A stretch of 64,000 bases of DNA. Origin: an uncultured Acidobacteriota bacterium. Lineage in GTDB: Bacteria; Acidobacteriota; UBA6911. The notes beneath the pieces were generated by a model. It worked only from the letters and a program-made list of their open reading frames with translations. It made no database searches and was not told the DNA's origin. Shown here in pieces: positions 40,199-49,858 of this stretch. The stretch covers positions 128,001-192,000 of the forward strand of contig CAWEJX010000020.1 of NCBI GenBank assembly GCA_963809485.1, read 5' to 3'. Position 1 is the stretch's first letter; each line of letters opens with the position of its first letter. Made by a program: the position numbers and the translations under genes.

Positions 40199-40933
40199 AT
40201 GATTGAGATCATGGATGTGCACAAATCATTCGGCAGCATACAGGCATTGCGTGGCGTAAGCTTCCAAGCGCCCGATGGGCACATTACGGGACTGCTCGGC
40301 CCCAATGGCGCCGGCAAGACAACCACCCTTCGCATTCTTTACACCGTGTTGAAACCGGACCGGGGTTCCGCGACAGTGGACGGTCACAACACATTGACCG
40401 ATGCCCGCGAAGTGCAGCGCCGCATCGGCGCACTTCCCGACGCCCACGGACTTTATCCGAGGCTTACGGCGCGGGAAAATATTCGCTATTACGGGCGGCT
40501 GCAAGGGCTGAAGGAGACCGAACTTGAAGAAAACATTGACGGCATTATGGCCATGCTCGAGATGAAAGAAATCGCCGATCGCCGCACCGGGGGCTTTTCT
40601 CACGGCGAACGCCTCAAGGTCGCCATCGCCCGCGCCCTGGTGCATGAGCCCCGAAACATACTGCTCGATGAACCGACCAACGGACTGGACGTCATGAGCA
40701 TTCGAAATATCCGGGCCTTTATCCGCCGGCTGCGCGACGAAGGCAAGACGGTGCTTTTTTCCAGCCACGTCATGCAGGAGGTCTCCGCTTTGTGTGATCG
40801 AATCGTGGTCATCGGCCGCGGCCAGGTGGCCGCGAGCGGAACTGCCGAAGAATTGCGGGAACAAACGGGACAATCGAATCTTGAAGATGCGTTCGTCAGC
40901 ATCATCGGATCTGACGAGGGATTGGAGCGATAA
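40199..40933 (+). CDS. ABC exporter ATP-binding subunit (NatA-like)
   Basis: GPNGAGKTT, FSHGE, LLDEPTNGLDV, FSSH. Confidence 0.9.
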   Translation: MIEIMDVHKSFGSIQALRGVSFQAPDGHITGLLGPNGAGKTTTLRILYTVLKPDRGSATVDGHNTLTDAREVQRRIGALPDAHGLYPRLTARENIRYYGRLQGLKETELEENIDGIMAMLEMKEIADRRTGGFSHGERLKVAIARALVHEPRNILLDEPTNGLDVMSIRNIRAFIRRLRDEGKTVLFSSHVMQEVSALCDRIVVIGRGQVAASGTAEELREQTGQSNLEDAFVSIIGSDEGLER

Positions 40934-42108
40934 TGGAACGCATCCGCATCATCTTCGCCAAGGAAATTCGGGACAATCTGAGGGACCGGCGCACTTTAAG
41001 CGGTGCGCTGATATATCCCCTTCTGGGACCGATATTAATGGCCCTGGTGTTCACCGTAGCCGGGCGCACTTTGTTGACACAGTCGGAAAATCCCCTGCCG
41101 CTGCCGGTGGCCGGAGCGGAATATGCCCCTTCACTCATCCAGTTCCTGCAGCAAAACGGCGCGCAGATCAAGCCCGCCCCGGCAGATCCGGAGGCTGAAG
41201 TTCGAGCCGGCAATTATGACGCCGTATTGATCATCCCCGAAGCCTACGGAAAGGATTTCACCGCCGGGCGTCCCGCCACGGTGCAGCTGGTGCTGGATGA
41301 TTCGCGGCAATCCGCAGCCCCATCGATCCGGCGCGCAAGGCGAATGCTGTATGCCTACAGCCAGCAGCTCGGTTCGCTAAGGCTTCTGGCCAGAGGCATC
41401 AATCCCGGCGTCACTTCAGCGCTGGCAATTGAGGAAATGGACGTTGCCACCCCTCAAAGCCAGGCAGCCAGAATTCTCGGCATGCTGCCGTACTTCATCA
41501 TCTTTTCAGTGTTCATTGGCGGTATGTACCTTGCTATCGATACGACGGCAGGAGAGCGGGAGCGCGGCTCGCTGGAACCGCTGGTGATCAATCCTGTGGG
41601 CCGTCATGAGCTGGTGCTGGGCAAGCTGGGAGCAACCCTGGTCTTTACGCTCGTGGCTGTGATTGAGACCCTTCTAGGATTCTATGTCATGCTGAATACC
41701 CTGCCGGCAGAGTCTCTCGGAATGAAAATCAGCCTCGGCCTGGGCGCGTTATTGCTTGTTTTCCTGCTCACAGTCCCGATGATGCTTCTGGCCGCAGCGC
41801 TGCAGATGATCGTGGCGACACTGACCCACAGCTATAAGGAAGCCCAAACCTACCTGGGCTTTATGCCTCTGGTTCCGGCCATACCCGGCTTGTTTCTGGC
41901 CCTGGCGCCGGTCAAGGCTAAGGTGTGGATGATGCTAATTCCCACATTCGGAGAACAGTTGCTGATCAATCAGGTCATGCGGGGAGAAGCAGTCCTGCCG
42001 TCCCATGTGATCGTCTCCGCAGTCACAACGATCATGTTCGGAATAGCGCTGACGATTATGGCCATCCTGATGTACGGACGGGAGCGCATTCTGTTCGGGC
42101 GACAGTGA
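40933..42108 (+). CDS. ABC-2 permease (NatB-like)
   Basis: KEIRDNLRDRR, DTTAGERERGSLEPL, KEAQTY; TAATG overlap with the ATPase. Confidence 0.9.
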   Translation: MERIRIIFAKEIRDNLRDRRTLSGALIYPLLGPILMALVFTVAGRTLLTQSENPLPLPVAGAEYAPSLIQFLQQNGAQIKPAPADPEAEVRAGNYDAVLIIPEAYGKDFTAGRPATVQLVLDDSRQSAAPSIRRARRMLYAYSQQLGSLRLLARGINPGVTSALAIEEMDVATPQSQAARILGMLPYFIIFSVFIGGMYLAIDTTAGERERGSLEPLVINPVGRHELVLGKLGATLVFTLVAVIETLLGFYVMLNTLPAESLGMKISLGLGALLLVFLLTVPMMLLAAALQMIVATLTHSYKEAQTYLGFMPLVPAIPGLFLALAPVKAKVWMMLIPTFGEQLLINQVMRGEAVLPSHVIVSAVTTIMFGIALTIMAILMYGRERILFGRQ

Positions 42109-42294
42109 GTCAGGTACCTCCGGCAAAGCCGGAAGCCTGAAAGATTTGAACCGCTCAAAGCGGTTGGAGGAGTTACGCCGGCCTTGAACGCTAACTTACG
42201 CGGGCAAAAGCCGATCCTCGCCGAACAAATCGGCGTTTGTCAGCGCTTTTGTCAGCGTTTCTCAGCGTTTCAAAATACGGAGCTGTCAAACTCT
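42108..42294 (-). mobile_element. IS200-end-like MITE, copy lacking the terminal hairpin
   Basis: Near-identical to 3882..~4068; begins at the last base of the natB-like stop codon. Confidence 0.8.
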
Positions 42295-42416
42295 CAGTGA
42301 TTCTTACTCGCCGAAATACTCCAACCTTGCCTTTAGGGTCCGTGCATAGAAGCGTTGTTCAGCCCGGCAGCAGCCAAAGCCTGTGACCAGCGGGCCGCTC
42401 ATTGCCAATCAGCCAA

Positions 42417-43160
42417 TCATTGAGGCGGGCTTGGCTGATTCCTTTTTGTCCTCAATCTGTTTCGAGGAACCCTTGCAACCATCGGATAAATGGGATTAGC
42501 CAGCGTCCACCATCCCGGTCTCTGATCTTTCACAAATTCGATCCTCGAGACGAATTTAATGCTTTTGTAGGCAAGGTCATAGGGGGCAACCAGTCTCAGC
42601 GGTCCCCCGTTGTCTTCCGGCAAAGGCTTCTCATCCAGTGTCAAGGCCAGCAGGATTTCTCTGTCGGGATCGAGCAACTCACTTAAAGGGAATGATTCTA
42701 TGTAGTGAGTCTGCCCTTTTGGAGCAGATCCGGTCGTTCCCAGTGAGTGAAACAGCACATGGGTTGCATTTGGGTTCGGCTTGACTTTATCAAGGATTGC
42801 CCCAAATCTGAATCCGCCCCATTTGAGATCCGGCACAGACCACCCCTCCACACAATGAAGATCGGACACCTGTTCCGCGCGAGGGAAAGATCGGATATCG
42901 GGGTAGGAGAAAGTACGCGGATCTTTTACCAGCCCATCCACAACCAGCTTGTATTCTTCCCGTTTCCCTTCCTGCCACTCAATAAGGCCGCTTCCGGCAT
43001 CAAACTTAAACCTTTTGTTTTCTACAGTTCTGACAGGAAGCTTCCTGACAAAAACGCCGGCTTGGGATGAGGAAACCGACTCAATCAGCATGATGCTCCC
43101 AATCATTTTCAGAAAAAGCCGTCTGGATATTTCCAACGCATAGTTTATCGCGGTTCTCAT
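42417..43160 (-). CDS. Sulfite oxidase-family molybdopterin oxidoreductase (MsrP/YuiH-like) with Tat motif
   Basis: SRRLFLK; DLHCVEGWS, NGGPLRLV, YKSIKFV. Confidence 0.88.
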   Translation of the reverse strand: MRTAINYALEISRRLFLKMIGSIMLIESVSSSQAGVFVRKLPVRTVENKRFKFDAGSGLIEWQEGKREEYKLVVDGLVKDPRTFSYPDIRSFPRAEQVSDLHCVEGWSVPDLKWGGFRFGAILDKVKPNPNATHVLFHSLGTTGSAPKGQTHYIESFPLSELLDPDREILLALTLDEKPLPEDNGGPLRLVAPYDLAYKSIKFVSRIEFVKDQRPGWWTLANPIYPMVARVPRNRLRTKRNQPSPPQ

Positions 43161-43387
43161 GACCTCCGCCCTCACAAATAAATATAATATGCCGCAGGGC
43201 AAAGGGCACATTCGGTCAGCTCAATTTGCGCGCATTCCGGGCAAGCTCCCGCCGCAAACGGCAGGGATGGGATGGGCGGGGTGCAATCCGCTGCCGGCGG
43301 CAGGTTTCGGATCGATAATCTGTCCGGGTACACCGTCATCCTGAAAAAATGTGAGGGTTGAATCAGTACCGAGCCGATGGGCGGCAC

Positions 43388-44216
43388 TCAAGAGAGCGGA
43401 ATGACCGGAGGATTCACATTCCTATCGGCAGCCGCGATCTGCTGTATCCACCAGGCCGGCAGTTCGCGGATGGAGTTCAACACGGCATCGGGTGTGACAG
43501 CGCCATTCAAATCCGAAGGCCGGAATTTGCCCGTTTTAAGCAGAACGCCCTTCATGCCGGCCTGTTGCGCGCCATCGATATCGGTTTCAATCCCGTCTCC
43601 CACCATGGCAATTTCACTTGCCGGCAAATCCAATCTTTGGGCGGCAGCACGATAAAATGCCTCAGCCGGCTTCCCGAACACCAGGGCTTTCCGTTCGGCG
43701 GCATGCTCGAGCGCAACAACGAATGGAGCAGTGTCCAGCCTGAGCCCGTCCTGTGCGCGCCAGTAGCGCGTCATGCCGAGGGCGATCAGGACGGAATCCG
43801 GATTGGAAAGAAGCAGTCGGAAAGCCCGGTTCAGAGTTCCATAGCTCCAACCGTCGCCCAGATCCCCGATAACGACGTAGTGCGAACCGGATTCCGCGTC
43901 CTGAGGCAAACACTCGATACCCTCGAATTCGCCGAGCGCCCTGGGATTGACGAAAAGCGCGGCCGGGCCATGCGGCCGGGCCCGGAGGTATTCTGCGGCT
44001 GCAACACAGGGCGTGAGGATTTGATCACGGTCGGCTTGCATGCCGAACCTTGCAAGCTTCTTTTCAAGTTCAGCGCGCCCGCGCGAGGTCGTATTGGTAA
44101 CGAATAAATGGGGGATGCCATTGCGGCGGACCCAATCGACTGTAAAGGAAGCCCCTTCAATCGGCGCCTCCGAGTTATACAACACGCCATCCAGGTCGAA
44201 CAATATCCCCGCGCAT
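43388..44216 (-). CDS. HAD-IIA hydrolase (LHPP/HDHD2-like); one extra G after codon 3
   Basis: FDLDGVL, VTNTT, GKPA, MVGD..DIDGA. ATG at 44216 reads M-R-G, and the GGGG run at 44207..44210 shifts it off I-L-F-D-L-D. Confidence 0.88.
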
Positions 44217-44432
44217 GTTCGCTAATCCGCATGTCTTACAGGATTCATTCAGAAGCGGTGAATCCTGGTATTTCAGTTCAGGTTGCAGTTTGACTGCCCG
44301 TCTGCTCCGTCTTGAGATTAAAGGCTCAGAGAAATGCAGACTAAGTTTTATCGCTGATGGCCCCCAATCCAAAACAAAATTACACCGAGTAGCTTGAAAG
44401 AACGTATCGGGATTGTTGTGCGGTTTGCATCC

Positions 44433-44639
44433 AGTCAACGACCGCCGACAAAGCCAGAGGTTTGATGGCAGACCGCTCAAGGCGGTTGGATGAGCTTTAC
44501 TCGCTTGAGCTGTTGACATATGCTGACCTTCACCGTAAGAATCAGCGTTCACCAGCGGTTTTGTCAGCGTCCGTCGGCATGACCTGATCCTGGAGCCGTC
44601 AAACTCTGTGAGTCCCCCAAGCATAGCTGGGGGATTATC
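44433..44639 (-). mobile_element. Divergent IS200-end-like MITE
   Basis: AGTC..CCG.CAAAGCC.GAGG..ACCGCTCAAGGCGGTTGG...TCAGCG repeats...GGAGCCGTCAAACTC.GTGAGTCCCCC..GGGGG: same architecture as 3882..4109. Confidence 0.65.
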
Positions 44640-44731
44640 GATGGATTTGGGCTAATCAGTCCCGGATCAGCAGCGGAGATAGCCTATTTTGCCACTCCGC
44701 AAGTCTATCGCCATCCGATCCGCCGGTGATA

Positions 44732-46765
44732 TCAATCGGACATCAGGAAGATGTATGGTCGGACATCCTCCTCACGGGTGGTCTCCCAGTAGCGAAGCAG
44801 GATCTTATAGACCATCAGTCCCGTCTCGCCTTCGCCGAACACGAGGAATCGCAATGCTTGCTGCATAAGATTCTGGCGCGTAAGGCCGAGAAAGATGCGT
44901 ACAGGATCGGCCAACTCGCTGAGATAGGCAATCGTGTTGGCGATGGCCGTAGCCCCCCACACATTCATGACATAGTCTTCGCCCTCCTTGCGGATCTGCG
45001 CCTCCAGCGTTTCGATGAAGTCGCTGCGGTTGTCTATCAGGTGGACGTGGATGAAACAAAGCGGGCCGTCCATACGGTAGTGGCTGCGAATCTCGCTGGC
45101 CTTCGCCGCCCGTGCTTCCGGCGTATTGGTCTTAATCGGCACCATGTTGATCTTCTTGCCGACCAGTTCCGGGCCAAGGTCATACGACTCCTTGTCGACC
45201 AGGTAGGCTTTATATACCCGCATTTCCGTGGCTCTATTCCAGCGGCTGATCGCGCTCACTACCAGTACCAGGCCTATGAAAACGCTGCCGATGATGATGC
45301 CGTCCGGCCGGCCGATGCAGTTGTCCACTAACGTGTAGGCGAATACCAAAGTGATCACGCCACAGTACAGAGCAGCCAGCCGGTGGCTCTCTTTCCAGAG
45401 AGCCAGTGAGGCGGCGAATGCAGCCGACAGCATCAGCACCAGCACGCCCGTGGCGTATGCACCGCTCTGTGCTTCAACACTTGCGTCGAACACCCAGGTT
45501 ACAATGAGCGAAACAATCAGCAGCACCAATACAAGCGGCCTCGACATTGAAGCCCAAACCGGCGCCATGCCGTAGCGCGGAAGATAGCGCGGCACCAGGT
45601 GGAGCAGCCCGGCCAAGGCTGAAGCCCCCGCCATCCAGAGAATCAGGATGGTAGAGAAGTCATAGATCGTCCCGAATCCGTGCCCAAGATACTTATGAGC
45701 CAAGTAAGCAATAGCGCGGCCGCTGGCCGGTCCGCCAATCCCATAATCGGATTCGGGTATCAGCAGGGTAGTGGCGAAACTCGACATCATCAGAAAGACA
45801 CTCATAATCAGCGCGGCCGTGACGAGCAGCTTGCGCGTATTGCGGATCCGGCCGAGAGGAGCGGGAGCGCCGCGGCGCCTACGGCGCTCATCCCAGCGCC
45901 CGCCGTCCACCAACGGCATCACTGCAACTCCGGTCTCAAAACCGCTAAGACCCAGAGCCAGCTTTGGGAAGATCAGTCCGGCGGCAACCAGCATCATCGT
46001 CCAGTCACCGTGCCGGAAGAGGGCGGCCTGCCAATCGGTAATAGCTTTCGGATAATGGAACACCTCCGACAGAGCCCGGACGAGAACAACAGCGTTGAGG
46101 AGCAGGAACGGAATGCAGATGGCCATTGCGATGCCGATGGCTTCCTTGAATCCGACCAGGAAGACGGCGGCCAGCAAAGCCAGCATGAGCATCGTAATCA
46201 GGAGTTGGGCGTCACCGAGCCAGGGTTTCAGGAAAGGATTTTCGATGGCGTGCTTTGCCGCATCGGCTGCCGACAGAGTCATGGTGACGACAAAATCAGT
46301 AGCGGCAAAACCCAGCAAAATCAGAACCAGGATTTTGCCGAACCAGCCAGGAAGCAGGTGCTCCAGCATTGCGATGGAGCCCTGGCCGGCGAAGGAACGG
46401 CGAGCAACCTGGGCATATATGGGCAGCGCCCCGGCCAGTGTTACCAGAATTAGAACTCCAGTGGCCAGCGGCGCTATAGCGCCGGCTGCAAGAAGAGCGA
46501 TCCCTGGCTGGTACCCCAGCGTGGAAAAATAATCCAGACCCGTCAGCCATATGACCCGCCACCAGGGCTGAGTTGCCGGGCTTTGCGTCCCATGGGATTC
46601 GTCGAGAGGGGCACCCCGTTCCAGCCACCGGCCGAAAGCAGACTTGAAAACATGCTGCTGCACAGGAAGGCTGCGACGGAATGCAATCCAATCCGCAGGA
46701 TTTCCTGGAGGCTGATCCATCGACTCATGCGGGCTTGATCTCGGAGCGGCAGGTGGCATTTCCAT
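44732..46765 (-). CDS. APC-superfamily transporter (amino acid / KimA-like K+ transporter)
   Basis: LTGLDYFSTLGYQPGIA, LSGFETGV, GAYATGV; ~12 TM plus cytoplasmic C-terminal domain. Confidence 0.8.
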   Translation of the reverse strand: MEMPPAAPRSSPHESMDQPPGNPADWIAFRRSLPVQQHVFKSAFGRWLERGAPLDESHGTQSPATQPWWRVIWLTGLDYFSTLGYQPGIALLAAGAIAPLATGVLILVTLAGALPIYAQVARRSFAGQGSIAMLEHLLPGWFGKILVLILLGFAATDFVVTMTLSAADAAKHAIENPFLKPWLGDAQLLITMLMLALLAAVFLVGFKEAIGIAMAICIPFLLLNAVVLVRALSEVFHYPKAITDWQAALFRHGDWTMMLVAAGLIFPKLALGLSGFETGVAVMPLVDGGRWDERRRRRGAPAPLGRIRNTRKLLVTAALIMSVFLMMSSFATTLLIPESDYGIGGPASGRAIAYLAHKYLGHGFGTIYDFSTILILWMAGASALAGLLHLVPRYLPRYGMAPVWASMSRPLVLVLLIVSLIVTWVFDASVEAQSGAYATGVLVLMLSAAFAASLALWKESHRLAALYCGVITLVFAYTLVDNCIGRPDGIIIGSVFIGLVLVVSAISRWNRATEMRVYKAYLVDKESYDLGPELVGKKINMVPIKTNTPEARAAKASEIRSHYRMDGPLCFIHVHLIDNRSDFIETLEAQIRKEGEDYVMNVWGATAIANTIAYLSELADPVRIFLGLTRQNLMQQALRFLVFGEGETGLMVYKILLRYWETTREEDVRPYIFLMSD

Positions 46766-46916
46766 TGTTATCTGCTATTCACGAATCAAAAAATGCTCCT
46801 TCCGGCAAAGAGCTCAAATGGTCTCTGCAGTGCCGGTCGGCGGTTTTGACATCGCAACGGGCAATGAGACGTATCCAGAACGGAGCCGCAGATACTATCT
46901 CAATGCCGTCATCCCA

Positions 46917-47318
46917 TCAGGGACCCTCGACAGCCATTCGCACTACCTCAGCCAGTGAATCAAGTGAGATGGGCTTGGAGAAATAGCTGAACGCCCGCTC
47001 CCGCATGCAGGCAATTACATCCTCGGGCTTTCCAGTATCGGTCAGAATGATCATCCGGGTATGCGGGCGCGCACGCCGGATTTTGAGGGGCAACTCCAAG
47101 TCTTCCCGGCCTGAGGTCTTTTCGCCGGTGACAATCAGGTCGAATGGCCTGCTGCCAGTCAATTCCAATGCTGCCATATTATCGGGCGCGTTTTGTATTC
47201 TCCATCCCGCCGGGATAAGTATGGTGGCAAGAATTTCGTTTATTGCCAGATCCGGATTGATTGCGAAAAGGGTCCTGTGAAAAGAAACCGAACAATCAGC
47301 GGAAGTTTTTTCGGTCAT
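46917..47318 (-). pseudogene. Response-regulator receiver protein, apparently truncated
   Basis: PFDLIVT, IILT, YFSKP receiver motifs; phosphoacceptor Asp position reads G (LIVTGEK); coding-like sequence continues past the TGA. Confidence 0.6.
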
Positions 47319-47373
47319 GGATTCATACCGGAGCTGTCTAGCCCCAAAAGGCTCTGAGAAATACAAGCCAAGT

Positions 47374-48264
47374 TTAATCCCTGACGGGATCACAAACCAG
47401 GATTTCTCCCTTGCCCAGCTCCGATGTGTCCCCCGTATAACGCCGGACCAGGCCATCCCACGCCAGTTCGGGGACCGGCACCTCCAGATCCTGGAACTGC
47501 TTCCACAGGAGCCGCAGGAACACCGGCTTGCAGGTGCAGCTATAAAGAAATGTAGGAAGAAGGCTGGGCTGCTCCATGGCCACGATGGTTCCCCTGGACA
47601 TCCAGGCGCCGGTGCGGATGCCGGCTTTGCCGCCCAGGAAGAGGGTGCCGCCGCGCATCTGGAGTCCGGCGAAATCGCCGACATTGCCCTGGATAGAGAT
47701 CAGCCCTTTTCGCATACGCATGCCGGCTTCGATTCCGGCCGCACCGTCGATCAGGATCGTGCCGCCGCGCATTCCCTTCCGGCTGCCACGATAGGCGGCT
47801 CCGACCTGACCTCCCGCGCTTCCGTGAATCCGGATCAGCCCGCCCGTCATTTCCGCGCCCAGCCAATCTGCAGTATCGCCGTAAACCCTGATGGACCCGC
47901 CCTTCATTTCAGCGCCCAGGTGCATTCCCGAATTACCCCGAATCACGATTTCGCCGGATGTCATACCCTGGCCTATCCTCTTCACCCGCGAGAGGTTGCC
48001 GTGCAATACCAGGCGTCTGCTTTTTTCACCATATATTTCGAAGAAATCGCCCAATCGGCATTTCTGTTTGCCAAGGAGGACAGGAAGCGCGCGGATTTCA
48101 TCCAGCGACAGTTCCGCAACCACATCGGGTGAAAGGACCTCAGCTTCCAGGGGCAGGCCAGGGCGCTCTTTAAGCCGTAATTGAACGAAATCCGCCATCT
48201 CGCCATTCGGCAGGACGTCCCGGAAGCCGGCAGTCGGATCGATGATCAGTGTCTCTGGGCCCAT
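47374..48264 (-). CDS. fwdC: Formylmethanofuran dehydrogenase subunit C
   Basis: PLEAEVLSPD, LGDFFEI, GXGXG beta-helix repeats (GAEMKGG, GMRGGTI), RYTGD..LGKGEILV. Confidence 0.93.
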   Translation of the reverse strand: MGPETLIIDPTAGFRDVLPNGEMADFVQLRLKERPGLPLEAEVLSPDVVAELSLDEIRALPVLLGKQKCRLGDFFEIYGEKSRRLVLHGNLSRVKRIGQGMTSGEIVIRGNSGMHLGAEMKGGSIRVYGDTADWLGAEMTGGLIRIHGSAGGQVGAAYRGSRKGMRGGTILIDGAAGIEAGMRMRKGLISIQGNVGDFAGLQMRGGTLFLGGKAGIRTGAWMSRGTIVAMEQPSLLPTFLYSCTCKPVFLRLLWKQFQDLEVPVPELAWDGLVRRYTGDTSELGKGEILVCDPVRD

Positions 48265-48276
48265 TCGCCTAAAACC

Positions 48277-49605
48277 TCACTGACGGCTGGCCTCAATTCC
48301 GGTCCAGTTGCGTATATCAAAAACCCTTGCTTCAACCGACTCGCGGATGCGCCCGATCACCTGTTCGTCGGTCGGATAGGGTGATTTAAGCGCGGGGCGG
48401 AGATGCAGCGGAATCTCATCCATCCGGTAGATGGTTCCGGGCGCGCTGATTCCGGTCGGCGCGGTTGTGATGTGGATGCGAGCAAGGCGGCTCGTGTGGG
48501 AGACTTTCGGGTCCAGCACAATCGTGGGCACGCGTCCAAGATGATCAATGGCGGGCTGCGGCATCGTTGCCCCGGGATCGGCTCCAAGCACCAGCACCGC
48601 ATCAACGTCGCCGCGGGTCAGCAGATCTACTGCCGTGTATTCGCCGGGATTGTAGCGAGGGTATCCGCGGCTGAAGTCCACTCCGAACGGATAGGAGGTG
48701 ATCCACGTCGTCACGGCATCTGCGCCGGTCACGTTGCCGTGGCCGCGCAGGGGCATGGCCACGAAGTGGGCGAACTGGTTCAGCTCCACTCCCAGCGTCA
48801 GGATTGCCGATGAGTTCATGTGCTTGCCCCGCGTCATCGTCAGTCCCATGCCGAAGAAGATGGCTCCAAAACGGGCGCGCTTCATGCGTTCCACCAGGTC
48901 CTGGAGCTGCTCCAGGGCCAAACCAGTTTCTTCCAGGCTTCGGGAATTGATTGGCCGGCCTTTGACCAGGGCCCTCAATGCCGTGATCACCTCGAAATCC
49001 TTACCGGGGCGGATCTGGAGGAAGATATCGGCCGCGCGGGCCGAGGGGGTGCGCCGTATATCCACCAGGACCATGGTCCTCCCTTTTCGGCCGTTGGGCA
49101 CGAAAAGCCCTTTGGGAGTCAGCGAGTAACGGGTGAAGTGCCGTGGATGACATTCTGCCGGGTTCGCGCCCCAGAAGATAACCAGATCCGCTCTGTTTTT
49201 GATTTCGCCGAGCGTCGCAGCGGGTTTGCCGCCCAACTGGGTGGCTATCTCCGTAGGACCATGTCAAAGTGAAGAGTGGCTGTCGATCACCCCACCCAGC
49301 AATTCCGCCAAGCCTACCGCCGTGCGCTGAGCCTCACAGGTCAGGTTGCTGAGACCATAGATGAGCGGGTAGTCTGCGCGCACAAGCAAATCCGCCGCCG
49401 CTTCAACGGCTGTTTCCAGCGTGGCCGGCCGTCCCTCGATCAGTGCTGCCGGGTAACAGGGCTCGGCATTGTGGTTGGTGAACCAGGATTCTCCCAGTTT
49501 GCAAGCGTTTTTGGCCTTGACGATACGGTCCCCTTCGGTATGCACCTCGATATCGTCGCAGGTGCATCCGCAAAATGTGCAAACTGCAGGAGCGACCACT
49601 GCCAT
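48277..49605 (-). CDS. fwdB: Formylmethanofuran dehydrogenase subunit B, selenocysteine-containing (Sec114; FwuB-type), 442 aa
   Basis: ATG 49605 with AAGGAG RBS; CTFCGCTCDD..ACKLG Fe-S motif; DSHSSL-TGA-HGP in frame with TLGEIKNRADLVIFWG, HPRH, PLRGHGNV, YRMD. Confidence 0.92.
49228..49245 (-). promoter_or_regulatory. Candidate bacterial SECIS hairpin
   Basis: GCC-A-CCC-AGUU-GGG-C-GGC; G-containing apical loop begins 25 nt after the UGA at 49264..49266. Confidence 0.7.
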
Positions 49606-49672
49606 CGCTAAACTCTCCTTCGGTCGATTGGGGGGATCATTCGGCGCCCTCACGGGGCGGCGTTTTGAATGC

Positions 49673-49843
49673 TCATCCCAGCACTCCTCCGCGCCAGCTG
49701 CCGCGTATGCGGCGAGGAAGCCACAGATCGCCGCCTGCGGGCTCCCACGCCCTGATTTCATCCTGCTCAGCGATCGATTCGGGCTTTGTCTGCAGATTCT
49801 CGGGCTGCAGGCGATCCCGGTCCGAAGCTTGCGTTATTCTCAT
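49673..49843 (-). CDS. Small 56-aa ORF between fwdD and fwdB
   Basis: AGGGAG RBS 6 nt before ATG; MRITQASDRD...WRGGVLG*; below the ORF-track cutoff. Confidence 0.4.
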   Translation of the reverse strand: MRITQASDRDRLQPENLQTKPESIAEQDEIRAWEPAGGDLWLPRRIRGSWRGGVLG

Positions 49844-49858
49844 GGAAAACTCCCTGAT

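Noticed and set aside
47317-48132. 271-aa plus-strand ORF, and the 5' extension of ORF 46917..47684
   Set aside because: Antisense or alternate-frame shadows of fwdC.
48277-49761. Two separate genes or a pseudogene for fwdB, and the upstream start at 49761
   Set aside because: Both pieces share a frame with TGA at the catalytic Cys site; the RBS and family N-terminus support ATG 49605.
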